Virus record (IMG/VR): IMGVR_UViG_3300018481_000007
Span: 1-60,698 of that record
Source of the DNA: a virus
Taxonomy: Duplodnaviria > Caudoviricetes
Direction: 5' to 3' (one strand)
Length of the DNA stretch: 60,698 nucleotides
Shown here: one piece after another, positions 53,123 through 60,698 of the stretch
Layout: each line of letters begins with the position of its first letter
Position numbering within the stretch: the first letter of the stretch is position 1
The notes under the pieces: model-generated
Told to the model about the DNA's origin: nothing
The model's input: only the letters and a program-made list of their open reading frames with translations
Databases searched by the model: none
Translations under genes and position numbers: made by a program

Positions 53123-53160
53123 CATTTCAGGAGCAACCAACAACTGGAAGAAGAACAACC

Positions 53161-53940
53161 ATGAGCACGACCGAAAGAACATGGCAGGACAACGCGGCTG
53201 AGTTCGCGTTGCTGGACAAGGGCGAGGGCTGGCCGTTCGCCAGACTGATCGCCTGCTCCGTAGAGCGCAGCAGGCCAGGGCCGAAGGGAGATCGGAACGA
53301 TCGTTCCGATCTCAAGGTCAGCGCCACTGAGTTCTCGGAGAAGGCAGGGACCAGCCGTCCCCGCATCATCCGCTACCTCGACGCCTGGGACAAGGCAGCC
53401 AAGCAGGGTCTGTGCACCCCGTCGACTGACCTGTCTCCCGCCGATGCACCGACGGTGATGGAGCCGGACATCGCGTGGGGTGAGATCTACGACGCGAGCA
53501 AGGCGGGTGGTCGGCCTCGGGACAGCAAGCCTTCCGACGCTGCCGCCATCATCGGCAACGCACCCGGTCCGGTGATCGAAGCGATGACTCCGCTTCAGCG
53601 GGTCGCTATGGCGGACGCCTTGAAGGGACGCGAGCGGGCTGATCGCAAGACCGTCGAGGACGAGATCATCCAGGGCGAACTGGAGCGGGGGGTCGACGGT
53701 CGAGAGGCCGCCGCTCTACGGGACCAGCAGGAGGCGCACCTGCACCTGGTGCAGCGGCTGCTCGAAGTCTCGTACGGGATGACCCAGGTCATCAGCGAGT
53801 GGCGGCAGTACCGGGAGTTCCTCACCACCGGTGACCTGCGTGAGATCGCTGAGTACCTCACCCGGATCGAGAACAACCTCGGTGTTCTCCGGATGTACGC
53901 CACCGACGACGTGGTCGGGGAGGTGCTCAACCATGAGTAG
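53161..53940 (+). CDS. Putative HTH DNA-binding protein
   Basis: VSATEFSEKAGTSRPRIIRYLDAW. Confidence 0.65.
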   Translation: MSTTERTWQDNAAEFALLDKGEGWPFARLIACSVERSRPGPKGDRNDRSDLKVSATEFSEKAGTSRPRIIRYLDAWDKAAKQGLCTPSTDLSPADAPTVMEPDIAWGEIYDASKAGGRPRDSKPSDAAAIIGNAPGPVIEAMTPLQRVAMADALKGRERADRKTVEDEIIQGELERGVDGREAAALRDQQEAHLHLVQRLLEVSYGMTQVISEWRQYREFLTTGDLREIAEYLTRIENNLGVLRMYATDDVVGEVLNHE

Positions 53941-54433
53941 GGACCGGAGCCATCGCGTGATGAACTCCAACGCTCTGACCCTGGTCACCTACCTGGAGGG
54001 CAAGTACCGGGAGCGTGACGACCTCGGCTACAGCGTCGACAGGATCGCTGAGGATCTGGACTGGAGCACGACCAAGGTGCGCAACGTCATCGACTGGTCG
54101 CGCAACCGGATGCTCGACTCGCGGTACATGATCCATGCCTTCCGGGGCAGTCACAACCACAGTCGGTGGTACTACAAGAAGCCGACGCCGGACGAGGCTC
54201 TCATCTACGAGCGGGCTCGCGGCAAGGACGTGGCGCGGCGTGCCAGTCACGTGCTGCTGCTGGTGCGCAAGCGGGCGACCGAGTTCGGGGTGACCAGGGA
54301 GACCCGGAAGACCTCGGCTGCCTACGTGGAGTGCCTGCGCTGGCTGCGGGAGGCCGGAGTGGAGGAGGCCGAGGTGTTCCTGGAGGAGGCTCTGCAGGAT
54401 CTGGCCAGCACCAACGGGCATCACGCAGCGTAG
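53933..54433 (+). CDS. Putative winged-helix protein
   Basis: YSVDRIAEDLDWSTTKVRNVI. Confidence 0.65.
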   Translation: MSRDRSHRVMNSNALTLVTYLEGKYRERDDLGYSVDRIAEDLDWSTTKVRNVIDWSRNRMLDSRYMIHAFRGSHNHSRWYYKKPTPDEALIYERARGKDVARRASHVLLLVRKRATEFGVTRETRKTSAAYVECLRWLREAGVEEAEVFLEEALQDLASTNGHHAA

Positions 54434-54468
54434 GTGACGTAAGGTTCCTGCACTGATATAATGCAGAA

Positions 54469-54512
54469 AGAGGCGGGAAGTCTCGGGTGTGGCGACCAGA
54501 CTTCCCGCCTCT
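54469..54512 (+). terminator. 15-bp stem-loop
   Basis: AGAGGCGGGAAGTCT / AGACTTCCCGCCTCT. Confidence 0.65.
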
Positions 54513-54614
54513 CTTGTCTTCACGCGCGCCCACACCCGGATGAAGATGGTGTCGGTTCTGTGAAGTCAGGCTTAGGCAACCTAAGATTTTCATCAACCAA
54601 CAGAAGGAGCAGCA

Positions 54615-54902
54615 GTGACCGCTGTAATTCAGGACAGCACGGATCAGGCAGAGAAGGACAAACTCATGGGACAGGCGTACTCCGCTGCCCAACGGGATCT
54701 GCGAGAGGCCCACAAGGACGAGTTCAACGGCTACTACCAGAAGCAGTTGGCCGAGCGTGGCATCGAGTGGACCCCGCGCAAGTCGAAGCAGGAGCAGGCT
54801 CTCGACCAGATCCTGACGCTGTTGCAGGAGAACCCGGAGTTGGCTGAGCGGCTGATCGAGCGGCTCGCTCCGGCCAGTGCCGACGAGGTCGCATCGGCGT
54901 AG
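54615..54902 (+). CDS. Hypothetical helical protein
   Basis: 13-mer and AAGGAG SD upstream. Confidence 0.8.
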   Translation: MTAVIQDSTDQAEKDKLMGQAYSAAQRDLREAHKDEFNGYYQKQLAERGIEWTPRKSKQEQALDQILTLLQENPELAERLIERLAPASADEVASA

Positions 54903-54914
54903 GGTCACAGATGT

Positions 54915-54953
54915 TTGAAGGCCCGCTCCCCGGATGTAGGAGCGGGCCTTCAA
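54915..54953 (+). terminator. 15-bp stem-loop
   Basis: TTGAAGGCCCGCTCC / GGAGCGGGCCTTCAA. Confidence 0.7.
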
Positions 54954-54959
54954 TCGAGG

Positions 54960-55430
54960 AGCAACCAACCCATCGAACATCCACTCACTGGAAGGAGGTA
55001 AGCACCACCCGGGGAAAGGAACCCGGTTTGCTTCACCGCTGCGCATTGCCGTGTGCGTAACCAGCGGGTCCTGTCCATCCGCTCGTGAAAGCAGTCCCCA
55101 TGCTACTCACACCGACGTCAGTCGACATAAGCCCATGTCACCGATAGGTTGGTGGAAGGTTTTGACCCCGCATCCGTTAGCGCGGACCGGGGTCTTGGTC
55201 GGTGGAACAAAGCGAAACACCGACGCGCACAGTCTACTGGTACGGACCAGTTCTGCGCACCCCGGAAAGGACTACCCGCTCGTCGGGGATGCCTCCCTGT
55301 TCCCCTCCGGCCAGGCCACTCACCCTCGTGGGAGTGACGGCTTGCTGATGCAACAACCGGAGATGTCTTGCAGGGCGTTGACCGACGGGACCACCCGTAC
55401 CAAGGGAAGGATCTGCCCACTTCCCACCGC
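54960..55430 (+). ncRNA. Candidate large structured non-coding RNA
   Basis: No convincing CDS; more than 10 nested and adjacent helices, some with G-U pairs. Confidence 0.55.
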
Positions 55431-55565
55431 CCAAACCTGACCCCTCTTAGATCGTCTAAGTCAAGACCCACCCCCACTGGCATGTCGCTTGCCGTAGCGG
55501 CAGAGTCAGACAGCACCACCCAGTCCCCTCAGGAGCAGCCACATGTCCTTCACGACCCCACTCGC

Positions 55566-57170
55566 ATGACCGCCATCGAGACCGTCACCGCCCGCCTCGA
55601 CCGGGTACAGCGGAACGGCACATCCACTCTCGCCTCCTGTCCCGTCTCCTCGCACGGACGAGGCAACGGTGACCGCAACCCCTCCCTCTCCGTGACCGAG
55701 CAGCACGGCAAGGTGCTGCTGAACTGCATGTCCGGATGTCACGTCCAGGACGTGATGGTCGCGCTCGACCTCGACTGGGGTGACCTGTTCGACGAGCCGA
55801 TCACCAACAGCAAGGGCGTGATGGTGGCCGAGTGGCTCTACACCCTGCCCGACGGCAGCGACCACCTGGTGGTCGAACGGTGGAACACCCCTGGGGGTGG
55901 TAAGCGGTTCGTCCAGCGACGACCGGGACACACCGCTGCCGAAGGTCTGGGCTCGGGGTTCTGGAACGTGCTGTACCGACTGCCGAAGGTGATCGCGGCG
56001 GCGAAGGCGGGCGAGCCCATCTGGATCGTGGAGGGGGAGAAGTGCGTGGCTGCGGCCGAGCGCCTCGGACTCACGGCCACCACCGGACCTGGCGGGGCGA
56101 AGAACTGGAAGGACTACTACGGCAAGTGGCTGGTCGGGGCACCGGTGGTGAACATCGTCAGCGACAACGACGACGTGGGCCGGGCCTACGCCAGCATGGT
56201 CGCGGCCTCGTTGAAGGGCCGGGGGATCAAGACCAGGACGTGGGCGGTCGCGGTCCCCGGGGAGAAGGCCGACCTCTACGACCACGTGCTCGCGGGCAAG
56301 GGTGTGGCCGACCTGGTGCCGACCAGGCTGAACCAGTTCAGACCCGAGGGCAGCATCGCGGGCTGCCTGCTGGGCAAGGAGTTCCCACCGGTGGAGTGGG
56401 TGATCAGGGACCTGATGCCGATCGGGTTCACGGTGCTCGGCGGGGCACCGAAGGTGGGTAAGTCCTTCCTCGCGCTCGATGCCGCGATGAACGTGGCGAC
56501 CGGCGGGCAGTTCATGCACACCCAGCAGTGCGAGCGGGGCTCGGTGCTCTACCTGAGTTTGGACAATGACGCTGAGTGGCGGCTGCAACTACGGCTGCGG
56601 CACCTGCAGATGCAGTACGGGGTGAGTCTGGCCGACACCGACATCGAGTTCCACTGCGACTTCCCGACCGGAGAGGCGGGCATCCAGGGGATCGCGGAGT
56701 GGTGCGCCGAACGGCGGGACGAGGGGAAGAAGCCACTGCTGGTGGTGGCCGACACCATCGGCAAGGCCGAGCCCAACTTCGACGGCAGCAACGCACGGGG
56801 TGAGACGTCCAACGGCGGCTACCAGGGCAGCACCCAGAACCTGAGCAAGTGGTCACGGCTGGCACTGGAGCAGCGGATCGGAATCCTGGGCGTGCACCAC
56901 ATCCGCAAGTCCGGTGACGACGACTGGACGAACCGGTTCATCGGCTCGCAGGGGATCGTGGCCACCGCCACCACGCTGATGATGCTCGACCCGAAACAGC
57001 GAGGCTCCAGCGAGGGGGTCCTGCACGTCACCTCACGCGACGCGGGCGACCACGAGTTGGAGGTACGGCGGGACGGCTGGTCGTGGCAGTTGATCGAGGA
57101 GGCCAAGGGTGAGCGGATCGTCACCAAGGGCAACGGTGGCCTGAGGGTCATCCCGGGAGGACAGGCTTAG
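55566..57170 (+). CDS. DNA primase-helicase (Zn-binding, TOPRIM, AAA_25/RepA-like)
   Basis: CPVSSH..D.NPSLSV...NCMSGC; IVEGEK; DNDDVG; GAPKVGKS; VADT; VHHIRK. Confidence 0.9.
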   Translation: MTAIETVTARLDRVQRNGTSTLASCPVSSHGRGNGDRNPSLSVTEQHGKVLLNCMSGCHVQDVMVALDLDWGDLFDEPITNSKGVMVAEWLYTLPDGSDHLVVERWNTPGGGKRFVQRRPGHTAAEGLGSGFWNVLYRLPKVIAAAKAGEPIWIVEGEKCVAAAERLGLTATTGPGGAKNWKDYYGKWLVGAPVVNIVSDNDDVGRAYASMVAASLKGRGIKTRTWAVAVPGEKADLYDHVLAGKGVADLVPTRLNQFRPEGSIAGCLLGKEFPPVEWVIRDLMPIGFTVLGGAPKVGKSFLALDAAMNVATGGQFMHTQQCERGSVLYLSLDNDAEWRLQLRLRHLQMQYGVSLADTDIEFHCDFPTGEAGIQGIAEWCAERRDEGKKPLLVVADTIGKAEPNFDGSNARGETSNGGYQGSTQNLSKWSRLALEQRIGILGVHHIRKSGDDDWTNRFIGSQGIVATATTLMMLDPKQRGSSEGVLHVTSRDAGDHELEVRRDGWSWQLIEEAKGERIVTKGNGGLRVIPGGQA

Positions 57171-57317
57171 GCGATCTAAGGAGCAGCAGACCCCACCACG
57201 TGGACAGAATGGTGGGTAGCAGGACCGAACAGAGCGAGCCCCTACCTGGGTGCCAGGTACGGGGTTCGTGCCCTTAGAGGGGCACACAGCGGAGCAACCA
57301 CACGAGAGGAACGACCC

Positions 57318-57539
57318 ATGGCTATCGCCACCGAAGAAGACACCAAGCCCACCTGCCCCTGCTGCGAAGGGACGGGGATGCACGGGCACCGAGCGCGCGT
57401 CTCACCCAGCCCCGACGACGACAGCGAGGGCTGCACCAACTGCGGGGAGCGGGGGACCACCTGGTTCACCGACGCCCGGCCCCGCTCCTGCACCGGCTAC
57501 CGGGCCATGATGCGGAGGGTGAACCATGCGTCCCGCTGA
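57318..57539 (+). CDS. Small zinc-finger protein (CxxCxGxG type)
   Basis: CPCCEGTG...CTNCGERG. Confidence 0.6.
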   Translation: MAIATEEDTKPTCPCCEGTGMHGHRARVSPSPDDDSEGCTNCGERGTTWFTDARPRSCTGYRAMMRRVNHASR

Positions 57540-58659
57540 GTTGCTCGGGATGCAGGCCGACTTCCTGCGTCGGTACTCAGTAGTCCCCGACGAGAACCCC
57601 GACACCCGGATGCTGATGGTCCAGGTGACCGCGATCGACCGGCAGCTGACGGCCATCGAGACCGGCACGACGCTGAGCAGCGGCGACCTGTCCAACACGA
57701 TCCGGGCGGGTGAGTACCCGCCGATGGCACACGCTGCCGTGCAGCACTGCGCCCGGGCAGCGCAGGGCGGGATGCCGATCATGGTCAGCCCGCAGATGGT
57801 GGACCTGGTGACCTGGGTGGCGAACGACTTCTCCGACACCGAGACCTGCGACCTCGGCATCATGCCGTCGCCGTACGGGTTCGTCTGGCTGGACAAGCCG
57901 TTCATCAGCCCCGGTGCGGTCGAACGCTCAGGCTCATCGGTCGCCGTCGGGGACCGGATCGACCCGGACACCCACATCGACCTGATCGTGTGGTGCCCGG
58001 TCCCCCGACCCGAGCGCCGTGACGTGCACGCCACCGCCTTCCTCGGCTTCAACTCATCGCTCCGTCCCGACGGCATCACCACCGCGTGGAACGAGGGGTC
58101 CATGAAGGACGGGTTCCGACCGCACCCCTACAACATGTGCTTCCTGTCGGCGCTCATCCAGGGCGAGCGGCTGGGGGACCGGGACTACGGGCCGATGTTC
58201 TGCCGCCCGATCGTCTACGACGCCACACCGGCGGAGAAGGACTTCCTCGACGTGGACGGCAACCCGGTCCGTGAGGGGCAGCGGCTGATGGAGTACGCCA
58301 CCTGGAACGGGGCGAACATGCAGCGCTGGCTGTACGCCCTGTGGGTGGTGATGGGTCAGGAGATCGCCCATCTCCAGGAGGAGCAGGCGGACCGGGCCAC
58401 CAAGCGCCGAATGACACGGATGAAACTCCCGCCCGCCATCACCGTCGTAACCCTCCGTCGCCCAGCCAACCCACACCGCAACGAAGGCGACGGACACGTC
58501 GAGTGGCAGTGGCACTGGATGGTAAGGGGTCACCCGAGATGGCAGGCGTGCGGCCCTGGTCGGAAGGAGCGCAAGTTGATCTGGGTGAATCCCCATTTGA
58601 AAGGAAACCTCGATGCGCCACTTCATCAGACCACCAAGGTCTACAAGGTGTCGAGATGA
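57526..58659 (+). CDS. Hypothetical protein with conserved VRGHxRxQxxGPG...IWxxPHxKG C-terminus
   Basis: GGAGG SD; motif. Confidence 0.8.
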   Translation: MRPAELLGMQADFLRRYSVVPDENPDTRMLMVQVTAIDRQLTAIETGTTLSSGDLSNTIRAGEYPPMAHAAVQHCARAAQGGMPIMVSPQMVDLVTWVANDFSDTETCDLGIMPSPYGFVWLDKPFISPGAVERSGSSVAVGDRIDPDTHIDLIVWCPVPRPERRDVHATAFLGFNSSLRPDGITTAWNEGSMKDGFRPHPYNMCFLSALIQGERLGDRDYGPMFCRPIVYDATPAEKDFLDVDGNPVREGQRLMEYATWNGANMQRWLYALWVVMGQEIAHLQEEQADRATKRRMTRMKLPPAITVVTLRRPANPHRNEGDGHVEWQWHWMVRGHPRWQACGPGRKERKLIWVNPHLKGNLDAPLHQTTKVYKVSR

Positions 58660-58934
58660 CCCATCAGCCGAACACCCCGCGCATCCGCAACGAGCGGGGG
58701 GAGAAGGTCGACGAGCCCGTGCAGTGCGTGCAGTGCCTCCAGACCTGGCCGTGCGAGGTGATGCTGCTGAGCCGGGAGATCGTCCGGCTCGGTGCGGAGA
58801 ACCACAGGCTGCGGGCTGAGTCGGTGCACGCCCCTGCCGCCTTGTACGGCAAGCCGGGTCGCGAGCCGATCTGCGACTTCGACTGCGACTACTGCCACGA
58901 GGACTCCACCCTCTCGGAAGGACACGAGACATGA
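58656..58934 (+). CDS. Small Cys-rich protein
   Basis: CVQC.QTWPC. Confidence 0.65.
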   Translation: MTHQPNTPRIRNERGEKVDEPVQCVQCLQTWPCEVMLLSREIVRLGAENHRLRAESVHAPAALYGKPGREPICDFDCDYCHEDSTLSEGHET

Positions 58935-59191
58935 CCGACGTGAACGATGCCATCGCCGAGGTGTGGAACGTGGCGATGGGCACGGCTCCCGCGACAGCCC
59001 AGTTCGCTCGCAGGGTCGAGGCGGCAGTGACCGCTGAGATCACACGACTCCAGGGCGAACTCGCCGCCGTGCGCGACCGACTCGATGTCGAACGGAAGGA
59101 GCACACCGAGGAGATGCGGGATGCGGGTCGGGACTACCGCGAAATGCAGTCCGAGATCGACGCGCTCCAGCGAGAGAGGGAGGGATGGTGA
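58931..59191 (+). CDS. Coiled-coil protein
   Basis: ATGA overlap. Confidence 0.7.
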   Translation: MTDVNDAIAEVWNVAMGTAPATAQFARRVEAAVTAEITRLQGELAAVRDRLDVERKEHTEEMRDAGRDYREMQSEIDALQREREGW

Positions 59192-59451
59192 GCGACGAGA
59201 CCATCCGGGTGCCGAGGTCGGACCCGCTCTACCAGGCCTGGATCTGGCGGCAGGACTCGGCTCTGCTGTTCCGGCTGCGGCCGATCCTGGAGCGGCTCCG
59301 GTACGTGCCCGACCAGCCGTGCGTGCTGGGCCAGACGTACTCCTGCCAGGTGAACGGGCAGACGTGCAGCCCGTGCGCCATCCGCCAGATCAAGATCGAA
59401 CTGTTCGGAACACCCACCACAGAGGAGCACCATGACGTTCAACCCGACTGA
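59185..59451 (+). CDS. Hypothetical protein
   Basis: GGAGG SD. Confidence 0.6.
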   Translation: MVSDETIRVPRSDPLYQAWIWRQDSALLFRLRPILERLRYVPDQPCVLGQTYSCQVNGQTCSPCAIRQIKIELFGTPTTEEHHDVQPD

Positions 59452-59758
59452 ACCCGTCGACACCGAAGCCAGGCTGCTGGACCTGGAGCAGAAGGCCCGC
59501 ACCCTGGCGCTGTCGGCGGCTCGACCCCTGCTGACCGCACAGGGGCTGACCAGCAGGACGCCGCCGGACGTGAACGACCTGATCCGGCTGGCCCAGTGGA
59601 TCCTCGACGGCGAGTACGAGGACCTCTACCCGTTCCTGAACGGGGACGTGATCGTGCTCGGACCGGAGATCTTCGCAGCCAGCGGTGGCGATGTCATCTG
59701 CTGGAAGGGCAGGAACTACGTACTGGAGGATGACGAAGACGGGCATGACAATGACTGA
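59432..59758 (+). CDS. Hypothetical protein (LGPEIFA..DVICWKGRNY)
   Basis: GAGGAG SD. Confidence 0.7.
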   Translation: MTFNPTEPVDTEARLLDLEQKARTLALSAARPLLTAQGLTSRTPPDVNDLIRLAQWILDGEYEDLYPFLNGDVIVLGPEIFAASGGDVICWKGRNYVLEDDEDGHDND

Positions 59759-59990
59759 GTTAGGCAACCTAAGCCTGGACGTCAACAGCGCCATCGAGCG
59801 GGCCAGCAAGAAGTGGGACCCGGTGGCCAGCCACACCGACCACGAGGCCGCCTACCTCGACCGGTTCGTGCTGGCTGCCGAGGTGCTGATCCTGCGGCAG
59901 GAACTGGCCGACACCCAGGACGCACTCGACGAGGCAGAACGGGAGGTGGAGACCCTGCAGCGCGCACTCCAGAACATCGACTTCGAGTAG
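59745..59990 (+). CDS. Coiled-coil protein
   Basis: Contains an in-frame 13-mer. Confidence 0.6.
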   Translation: MTMTELGNLSLDVNSAIERASKKWDPVASHTDHEAAYLDRFVLAAEVLILRQELADTQDALDEAEREVETLQRALQNIDFE

Positions 59991-60015
59991 ATACACCTCA
60001 ATGAAGGAGCAACCA

Positions 60016-60372
60016 ATGAAGGCAATCCGGGTTCCCGCGAACCCCAAGACACCCATCCAGACCATCGACGTGAAGCCCAACTGGGAGAGCCTGGCCGTGG
60101 CTCTCGGCTGCCAGTACATCGAACGGTTCCGCTGCCCGCTCACCCCGGAGTACGGGCTCGTCGGGGTGACCGACGAGGAGGGTCAGTTCAACGGCGGCCA
60201 GCCGAACGAGCGGGCCTGGGCCCTGTACCCGGTGCCCGGTTACACCCTCAAGGGTGACGTGCTGGTGATGGCCGAGGGCATGACACCCAACGGGATCGAG
60301 TTCATCGACCTGCCCGACGAGCGGGCCGCCTTCCTGGCGGTCATCAACCTGGTGGCGGGAGCGGAGCGATGA
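60016..60372 (+). CDS. DUF3846-like protein
   Basis: L...LGC.YIE...DEEG......NERA...LKGDVLV. Confidence 0.75.
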   Translation: MKAIRVPANPKTPIQTIDVKPNWESLAVALGCQYIERFRCPLTPEYGLVGVTDEEGQFNGGQPNERAWALYPVPGYTLKGDVLVMAEGMTPNGIEFIDLPDERAAFLAVINLVAGAER

Positions 60373-60698
60373 GCATGTTCGGGATGGTCTTCCCCGACCC
60401 ACAGCGGCAGGACCGGTTCGCCCTGCTGCTGGGGCTGGTCGCCTACGACCAGCCGGACGCCGAGGCGGCCGAGGCGTACATGCAGCCGGTGATGAACCTG
60501 CGGCTGCGGGACTGCTGGGTGGAGAAGCAGCCGGACGGTCCACCCTGCATGGCGGTCTACACCCGCAACGGTGGCGGCAACCGCGAATGCTACTGCGACG
60601 GCGAGGGCACCTGCATCGGGTGTCGAGGTGACCAGGCAACCCGGCATCCGGCCCACATCAGCGACAGGGACGACGAGTTCGACGAGACCTACCGCACC
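60369..60698 (+). CDS. Hypothetical protein (VYTRNGGGNR motif), continuing across the junction to 236
   Basis: ATGA overlap; frame open to the contig end. Confidence 0.8.
   Translation, partial: MSMFGMVFPDPQRQDRFALLLGLVAYDQPDAEAAEAYMQPVMNLRLRDCWVEKQPDGPPCMAVYTRNGGGNRECYCDGEGTCIGCRGDQATRHPAHISDRDDEFDETYRT
60604..60698. repeat. Terminal 95-bp direct repeat, right copy
   Basis: Identical to 1-95. Confidence 0.95.

Larger units (their letters stand above)
3090..59772. promoter_or_regulatory. Dispersed family of 31 palindromic 13-mers, TTAG-DYNRH-CTAA (operator-like)
   Basis: Starts at 3090, 6565, 9713, 12573, 15813, 18369, 22078, 26664, 32687, 36851, 37699, 40981, 41133, 42979, 43201, 43333, 44421, 44753, 45437, 46396, 47069, 47791, 47906, 48782, 49652, 51784, 53069, 54572, 55447, 57167, 59760. 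Confidence 0.9.
42810..60004 (+). promoter_or_regulatory. Oriented 15-mer family GATTCnASTCAATGA (8 copies)
   Basis: 42810, 42846, 44833, 45933, 46532, 46631, 47472, 59990. Confidence 0.7.

Noticed and set aside
3090-59772. 13-mer as a DtxR/IdeR iron box
   Set aside because: The TTAGG/CCTAA arms look similar, but the IdeR/DtxR box is 19 bp with different arm spacing. Not matched, although a related metalloregulator cannot be excluded.
60604-60698. Biological terminal repeat
   Set aside because: It falls mid-gene and fits an assembler overlap better than a physical genome end.

Overview
The window is a complete, circularly assembled genome of a high-GC tailed (sipho-type) actinobacterial phage. 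Bases 1-95 repeat 60604-60698, giving a unit length of about 60,603 bp. The virion module runs on the minus strand from about 33.2 kb to 6.3 kb: TerS, TerL, portal, MuF/protease fusion, a two-gene lysin with holin, two capsid proteins, tail genes, a frameshifted chaperone, tape measure and minor tail proteins. Its organisation resembles cluster-B-type actinophages. A divergent plus-strand fibre block (33.4-36.7 kb) is followed by a DNA-modification block (two short C5 methyltransferases and a ParB-N protein). A long plus-strand early/replication arm (41 kb round to 6.3 kb) encodes SSB, primase-helicase, HNH, VRR-NUC, a Rad52-like protein and a Cas4-like exonuclease. I saw no integrase, DNA polymerase, tRNA or CRISPR array. 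The most unusual signals are: (1) 31 copies of a palindromic 13-mer TTAG-DYNRH-CTAA, dense in the early arm and about every 3 kb through the virion genes, some inside CDSs; (2) an SH3b domain split exactly between the two lysin genes; (3) a near-perfect chromosomal-type parS in the portal gene; (4) a densely structured ~470-nt ncRNA candidate upstream of the primase; (5) a second oriented 15-mer motif; (6) strong apparent AGCT avoidance; (7) a candidate Acb2/Tad1-like sponge. All protein calls come from motif recognition by eye with no database searches, and motif counts are manual.
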